64,000 bases of DNA from Azolla caroliniana. Taxonomy: Eukaryota; Plantae; Polypodiophyta. Under the pieces are notes generated by a model. That model was not told the origin of the DNA and searched no databases. It was given only the letters and a program-made list of their open reading frames with translations. The stretch is taken from contig JBHGNT010000006.1 of assembly GCA_043228905.1 (NCBI GenBank), forward strand, positions 20,956,001 through 21,020,000, written 5' to 3'. A program made the translations under genes and the position numbers. Below are positions 57,798 to 64,000 of this stretch, in pieces (position 1 is the stretch's first letter; every line of letters starts with the position of its first letter).

Positions 57798-60700
57798 TCA
57801 CTTCGGCATGGGATGTCTCTCTAGTCCGATCCTCTTCCGGCATGCTTCCAGTTTGTCGGGTGTGAGCACCTTGGTCAGCATATCTGACCCGTTCTCGTCC
57901 GTGTGGATCTTCGTCAGCACGAACTCCTGGTCTTCTATCCTTTCCCGGATCCAGTGATATCTTCGCTGGATGTGCTTCGTTCGGGAGTGATAGGCCGCGT
58001 TCTTCGCAAGGTGGATGACACTCTGACTGTCGCAGTAGAGTCGGTACTCCTCCTGCCGGATACCGAGCTCTCTAATGAAGTCCTTCATCCATATTATTTC
58101 CTTGCCGGCTTCAACAGCCGCCATGTACTCCGCCTCCGTGGTTGACAACGCAACCGTCTTCTGCAGCCTCGACTGCCACGAAACAGCTCCCCCTGCATAC
58201 GTCATCACATACCCTGATGTGGACCGGCTGGTATCTGCATCAGCCGACATATCCGAATCGGTAAAGCCGTCGAGTTCGGGCTTACCGGAGCCGAATCGGA
58301 GGCACACGTTTGCCGTGCCCTTCAGGTATCGGAGTATCCACTTGACCGCGTTCCAGTGCTCCTTGCCGGGATTGCTCATGTACCGGCTCACCACTCCGAC
58401 TGCGTATCCTATGTCCGGTCTTGTACACACCATTGCGTACATCAAGCTTCCGACGGCAGAGGCATATGGTACTTTCATCATGTCCTCTTTCTCAGCCTTT
58501 GTCTTGGGGCTTTGCTTGCTGGACAACTTGCAGTTTGCCGGGAGGGTTGATCCGACCGGTCTTGCTTCCGACATGTTGAACCGGTGAAGCACCTTTGTTA
58601 CGTACTTCTCCTGTGACAGCCACAACTGCTTCTTCTTCCGGTCTCGGATGATGTGCATCCCTAGTATTTGCCTTGCCGGACCCAGGTCCTTCATTGAGAA
58701 GGTTCGGTGAAGTGCTTTCTTCAGCATCCGTATCTGGCCCTGGTCCCGTCCGACGATCAACATGTCGTCCACGTACAGGAGGAGTATTAGAGAGTCTCCT
58801 CCTTCGAACTTCTTCACAAACACGCAGTGATCGGACTGGGTTTTGTGGTACCCTTCGTCGGTCATGAAGGAGTCGAACTTCCGGTACCATTGCCGGGGAG
58901 CCTGCTTCAGTCCGTAAAGGCTCTTCTTCAACCGGCATACCAGGTGCTCCTTCCCTTTCTTCTCGAATCCTTCCGGTTGCTGCATGTAGATCTCTTCTTC
59001 GAGGTCACCGTGAAGGAATGCCGTCTTCACGTCCATCTGTTCTACCTCGAGGTCCATGCTTGCCGCTATGCTCAGCACCGTCCGGATGGAGGTCATCTTC
59101 ACTACCGGGGCAAATATCTCGTCGAAGTCGACGCCCTTCTTCTGCTGGAACCCCTTCACCACGATCCTGGCTTTGTATCTCGGGGGGTTTCCGGCATCTC
59201 CCGGTTTCAGCTTGAACACCCACTTGTTTCGAAGTGCCCGCTTTCCTTTCGGCAACTCCACAAGTTCATATGTGTGGTTCTCATGCAGGGAATCCATCTC
59301 CTCCTGCATGGCACTTAACCACCTGCGGCTATGGGTGTCAAGCTTTGCTTCTTCAAAACTCTCCGGCTCCCCCTCGTCGGTTAGCAGCACGTGCTCTGGT
59401 TCCGGAAATCTCCGGGGGGCCCTTCTCTCTCTTAGAGGGTATCTCCGTTCCGGAGCTTCGGTAGCCGGCTGCTCCGTTTCCTCTTCATCCGAATCCATTT
59501 CGGGGTCGGGGCCGGTTCCGGTATCAGTTTCATCTTCCTCGGCCGGTTCTGTTTCTTCACCGTCTTCGGCCGGATCCTCGAGTGCTAACCGGTCCCTTGC
59601 CGGTCGGGACTGCTCCTCGTAGAGTTTATCCTCACCGGTCGACTTGGAGCTCTTCATCTTCTTCTCCGACTCCCAGTCGGCGAGTGTCTTGTCCTCCATG
59701 AAGATGATATCTCGACTCCTGAATATCTTCTTGTCGACCGGGTCCCATACTCGGTAGCCGAACTCGTCGTCGCCGTAACCGAGGAATATGCATGGCCGGG
59801 TCTTTGGATCTAACTTTCCTCTCCGGTCCTTTGCCACATGCACGTATGCGAGACACCCGAACACCTTCAGATGCCGGTAGGACACTTCCTTACCGGTCCA
59901 CACTTTCTGCGGCGTGTCTCCGTCCAAAGGTACTGAGGGTGATCTATTTATCACATACGTCGCCGTCGACATTGCCTCAGCCCAAAATCCCTTGGGTAAT
60001 TTCGCATGTGCCAGCATACTCCGGACCCTCTCCATTATGGTCCGGTTCATCCTCTCGGCCAGCCCGTTCAGTTCCGGCGTCTTTGGCACAGTAAACTCGA
60101 GCCAGATTCCCTTCGAGCGACAGTACTCCTGGAACTGCCCCCGGTATTCCCCTCCGTTATCCGCGCGTATCGCTTTCAGCTTCTTGCCGGATTCCCTTTC
60201 CACTCTCGCGTGAAGTTCTTTGAAGACGCACAACACTTGGTCCTTTGTCTTCAACGGTGCCGTCCACAGCTTCCGGCTGTGGTCATCAATGAATGTCACG
60301 AAGTACTGGGCTCCGCCATGTGACTTCGTTTCTACTTAACACACGTCAGTGTGCACCAGCTCCAATGGTGCGCTACGTCTCGTCGGTGGCCTTGAGTGGA
60401 AGGAGGTCCGGTTTTGCTTACCGGCCAGGCAGTCGGTGCACTTCTCCAGGTGCACATGCTTCACTGTAATAAGGTTGTCTTCTGCAAGCCTCTTCATCCC
60501 CTTCTCACTCATGTGGCACAGTCTCTTGTGCCACAGCTCACCGGCAGTGTCGGCTGCCACGTTCAGCTCCTCCGGACATAGCCGGGAATTCATCAGGTAC
60601 AGTGTGTTGACCTTCCGGGCCCGAGCCACTATCAGGCTCCCCTTGCTGAACTTCATGACACCGTTCCGGATGCTACCCGTGTAGCCTTCATCATCTAGCC

Positions 60701-61871
60701 TCCCGGCCGAGATCAGGTTCAATCGGACCTCCGGAACGTGTCGAACATCCTTCAGCAGCATCTTGCATCCGGTTGATGTCATCAGCCACACGTCTCCTAT
60801 GCCGGCAATCCGGCATGTGCCTTCATTTCCCATCCGGACACAGCCGTGCTCACCGGCTGTGTAGGATGAGAAGTATTTCTTCTTCGGGGTCAGGTGGAAC
60901 GACGCTCCGGAATCGACCACCCAGGTCATCTCTACACCGGCAAGGTTCAGCTCCCTCTCTTCGGTAATGAGCATTATCTCTTCTTCACTTGCCGCGAGTG
61001 CCGTCGTTCCTTTCCGGTCCTGCCCTCGCCGATCCGGACCTCTCCGGTCCGTGGCTCCCCGGTATGCACCGTTTCTCTCCGGTGACTTCTTCGAATCGGT
61101 GTCGTCGGCTCCGTTGTCCTTTCGGTAATGCCGACAATTCTTCCGGAAGTGCCCCGGCTTCCCACAGTGGAAGCATGTGGGCCTTCCTCTTGACTGCGAC
61201 CGGGTCCCCGACTTCTCCCGTCTTTGCGGACTCCGGTTCCATTGTCTTCCCCGATCCGATTCGGTAAGCAGCATCTTCGGATCGGAAACCGGTTCTTTAT
61301 CTCTCCGACGCGCTTCTTCGTTCAAAATACTTGTCTTTACCGTTTGTAGAGACAAGTTATCTTCGGTGCAGGAGGTGCTGAGAGTCACCACCAAGTTCTC
61401 CCAGCTTTCCGGCAATGTACACATCAGAATGATGGCTTGCATTGCATCCTCCAACGGGAACTTGATCGCCGCAAGCTGGTTTACGAATCCCATGAACGTG
61501 CTCACGTGTTCCACCATATTCTCGCCGTCCCGGTACTTGAGGTTCACTATCTTCCTCATCAGGGAGGTCTGGTTCAACGCATTCTTCCTCTCGTAGAGGC
61601 CCGACAGCTTCTTCCACATCTCATATGCGTTGGTGTCGTTCGCCACATGTTGTAGGACGCTTACATCGACATATTGCCGGATCGTCGCTACGGCTTTCCG
61701 GTTCAGGAGCTTCCACTCCGACTCTATTACCCCCTTGGGTATCTCGGCATTGTCGATCGGTTCATACAGGTCTCGGACGATGAGAAGGTCTTCCATCTTT
61801 ATCTTCCAGTCGGCGTAGTTCTGTGAGTTCAACACCATCATGCCCGGAGGCCCACTACCGCCGCCTTCCAT
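57798..61871 (-). pseudogene. Copia copy 3 gag-pol with one nonsense codon (CAA>TAA at 60336-60338)
   Basis: Same-frame ORFs 60336-61925 and 57798-60299. Confidence 0.93.
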
Positions 61872-61901
61872 TTTCTGTGTTACCGTCGCTCTGATACCAC
61901 T

Positions 61902-62518
61902 TGATGCAAAACAGTGCTCGGCCACAACCGAGGAATAGGATCAACTCACAGAAAACGGGAAATACAAAGTGCACGAGGACAATAGTGAGAAAGGTACACT
62001 GGATGTTTTACGTGGAAAACCCTAAATGGGAAAAACCACGGGAGTCCTCAAACTCCAACTATCACTATAAACAGAGATGTACACTGGTGAAGCTACAAGG
62101 CAACAACCTTGAGCTCACTGTCTTCGCCACAGGCGGCGGTAATACACAGAGGCAACGACCTCTTCGTCTCTCTCTCTCTCTCTCGGCTGCTCTCACTTCG
62201 CATAAAAATGAGCAACAACATTTAAACTGTTTGCCCTAAGTCATATTTATACACATATGACTTTCGGGCTATTTACAAATATAGCCTCAAGGGCTCTTGG
62301 CAAACATATTCACAAATATGTCCCCGCATCCGGATCTCTCTCCGGGTACATTCGTCATCCGGCTCCGTAACCGGGGTCTTCATCATCCGGCTCCGTAGCC
62401 AGGGTCTTCATCATCCGGCTCCGTAGCCGGGGTCTTCATCATCCGGTTCCGTAACCGCAACCGGGCTTGCCGTCATTCATCTCCGGACATCCCATCCGGA
62501 GGGACCGAATTCCCAACA
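61902..62518 (-). repeat. 5' LTR of young Copia copy 3
   Basis: Followed on the minus strand by the PBS TGGTATCAGAGC. Confidence 0.95.
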
Positions 62519-62806
62519 CAAAGCTATCGAATGAGGTATATCTTTGTCAATGTCGCATTCTTCTCATAACTGTCCAACATTTGACAAACTTGTAGGTTGT
62601 GCACATGAGAGTATTGTGAAGTGGATTGATTCTGAGAGGTGCAAGCGAATATGAGTGTATTGTGAAGTAGATTGATTTGGAGAGTTGCAAGTGAATGGTT
62701 GCTCTAGCTAGTTGATGAAGTTTAGAACATTCTGCAACTTCATATCGGGCAACTGTTGATTCATATTCAATTGGATCTATACGTCCTTCCATGACCAAAT
62801 AATCTT

Positions 62807-63336
62807 CTTCTTCTTCTTTTTAAGAAGATATCCTGTCATTAGTGTAACCATTTTTACAAGATTTAAATTCTATGCGATTGGGGGGGAGACAACCATTTCG
62901 GAGGTTGAAAATGCCAATAAGGAGTACCACAGTTGGCTGTCATGAATGGAGTAGCTTTCCATATCGTGATAAACTCATGCCGTTGATCAATTTTAGCATC
63001 AGAATCTCCAACAATACCATCCCATTGTCCCTTCAAAGTATGAACTATGTCTAACCAAATATTTGAAACCAATTCAGCCGGTGGTGTTTTAAGCTGATGG
63101 AAAATAAGAGAGCACCTAACCTTCCAAATGTGATATATAGTCAATATCTCCCATACTGGTTGGACTTCCTTTCGTGTTCCTATAAACTGTAATGACAACA
63201 ATGGTACTATATGAACACTTCCAGATTTAGTGTAAAATCCATGGTCCATACATTCGGTGTCATAATGAAATGCATCACGGACAAGAGATGTCCAAACCAC
63301 CATGCCCCAAGTGAAGTTGCCCCAAGTGAGATTCAC
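62807..63336 (-). mobile_element. 5'-truncated LINE (ORF2 C-terminus + short 3' UTR)
   Basis: 14-bp TSD GACCAAATAATCTT at 62793-62806 and 63337-63350. ORF with IYHIWKVRCSLIF. Tail AAAAA(GAA)n. Confidence 0.8.
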
Positions 63337-63664
63337 GACCAAATAATCTTAAAGTTGCTCCTTCCAAAAGTTAAAGTTCAATTGAACTTCATTAAAACAC
63401 ATGGTTACTGATTATGATATCAAAACCATAACGAAAAATGTAGGCTTTTTCATTTCTTTTTTCCTTTGACAAAACCAAAGGTTGAGTTGAGACTAAACGG
63501 TCAATCAAGCGTAAAGCTCAAAGTGAAACCTCAAAGCTAAATTGAAGGTCGAGTTGGATAAACTAAAGGTCAATCTTAGTGTAAAAGCTCAAACCCAAAT
63601 GGACATGTATGAAATCATCGTTGATGAATCGGGAATGCCCATGAGCCTCATCATCATCCTGGCC

Positions 63665-63865
63665 GGTGTATGTATGGCATGTGTATGGTATGTATGGCAC
63701 GTATGTATGGTATGCATGCCATGTACGCATGGCATGTGTGTATGGCATGTACATATGTATGGATGTATGCAATTGGCAGGTGTGTATGCATGTCCACATG
63801 CATACATCGGCATGCACGTATGTATATATGTCATGCATACATGTATGTATGTATGTCATGTACGC
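63665..63865. repeat. TGTATG/CATG low-complexity repeat
   Basis: Degenerate short tandem units. Confidence 0.75.
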
Positions 63866-64000
63866 TCGTGTCTATTCTGCATCAAATCATAAAGAGGGTT
63901 GGCGAGGGAATCGCGGCCACAGACGATGTAGGTCGCTTAGAGGAAGGCGCGTGTGATATGCACCGCCAGATTTCGATAAGGACGAACGCGCGAAAAAAAG

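Larger units (their letters stand above)
57171..62518 (-). mobile_element. Young Ty1/Copia element, copy 3
   Basis: 617-bp LTRs at 57171-57787 and 61902-62518. TSD CAAAG. PBS at 61888-61899; PPT at 57788-57797. Confidence 0.96.
57020..63400 (-). pseudogene. Copia-D gag relic, host of young Copia copy 3 and of a truncated LINE
   Basis: NFNFWKEQL*DYLV|MEGRIDPIE...LARATIHLQLSKSIY...TKIYLIR*L|CNLQMKE rejoins across both insertions. Confidence 0.7.

Noticed and set aside
63542-63956. Cys/His/Met-rich ORFs
   Set aside because: Derived from TGTATG/CATG low-complexity repeats.

Overview
A land-plant genomic window made almost entirely of nested retrotransposons around one intact host gene. A non-seed plant such as a fern is inferred from the Tcn1-type chromoviruses and is not proven. 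The host gene is a 5-exon cytosolic pyruvate kinase (minus strand, 52256->49143). The elements are: two Ty3/Gypsy chromoviruses (1878-7886 minus, decayed; 14709-26088 plus, young); three near-intact copies and two solo LTRs of one young GC/CCGG-rich Ty1/Copia family, each inserted inside another element's ORF; at least four older Copia relics; a full-length decayed L1-type LINE; a 5'-truncated LINE; and a hAT-type MITE. Most have recoverable target-site duplications (TSDs). The most notable signal is in the two chromoviruses. Their LTRs do not align overall, yet they share three features. (i) A tRNA-like A-box/B-box (Pol III) cassette lies antisense at the outer end of U3. (ii) There is no tRNA PBS; instead an 11-nt PBS is complementary to the element's own predicted transcript 5' end (Tf1-style self-priming), and the two sequences co-vary between families. 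(iii) A slippery-site/pseudoknot motif sits at the gag-pol junction. All coordinates were read by eye; no database searches were run.
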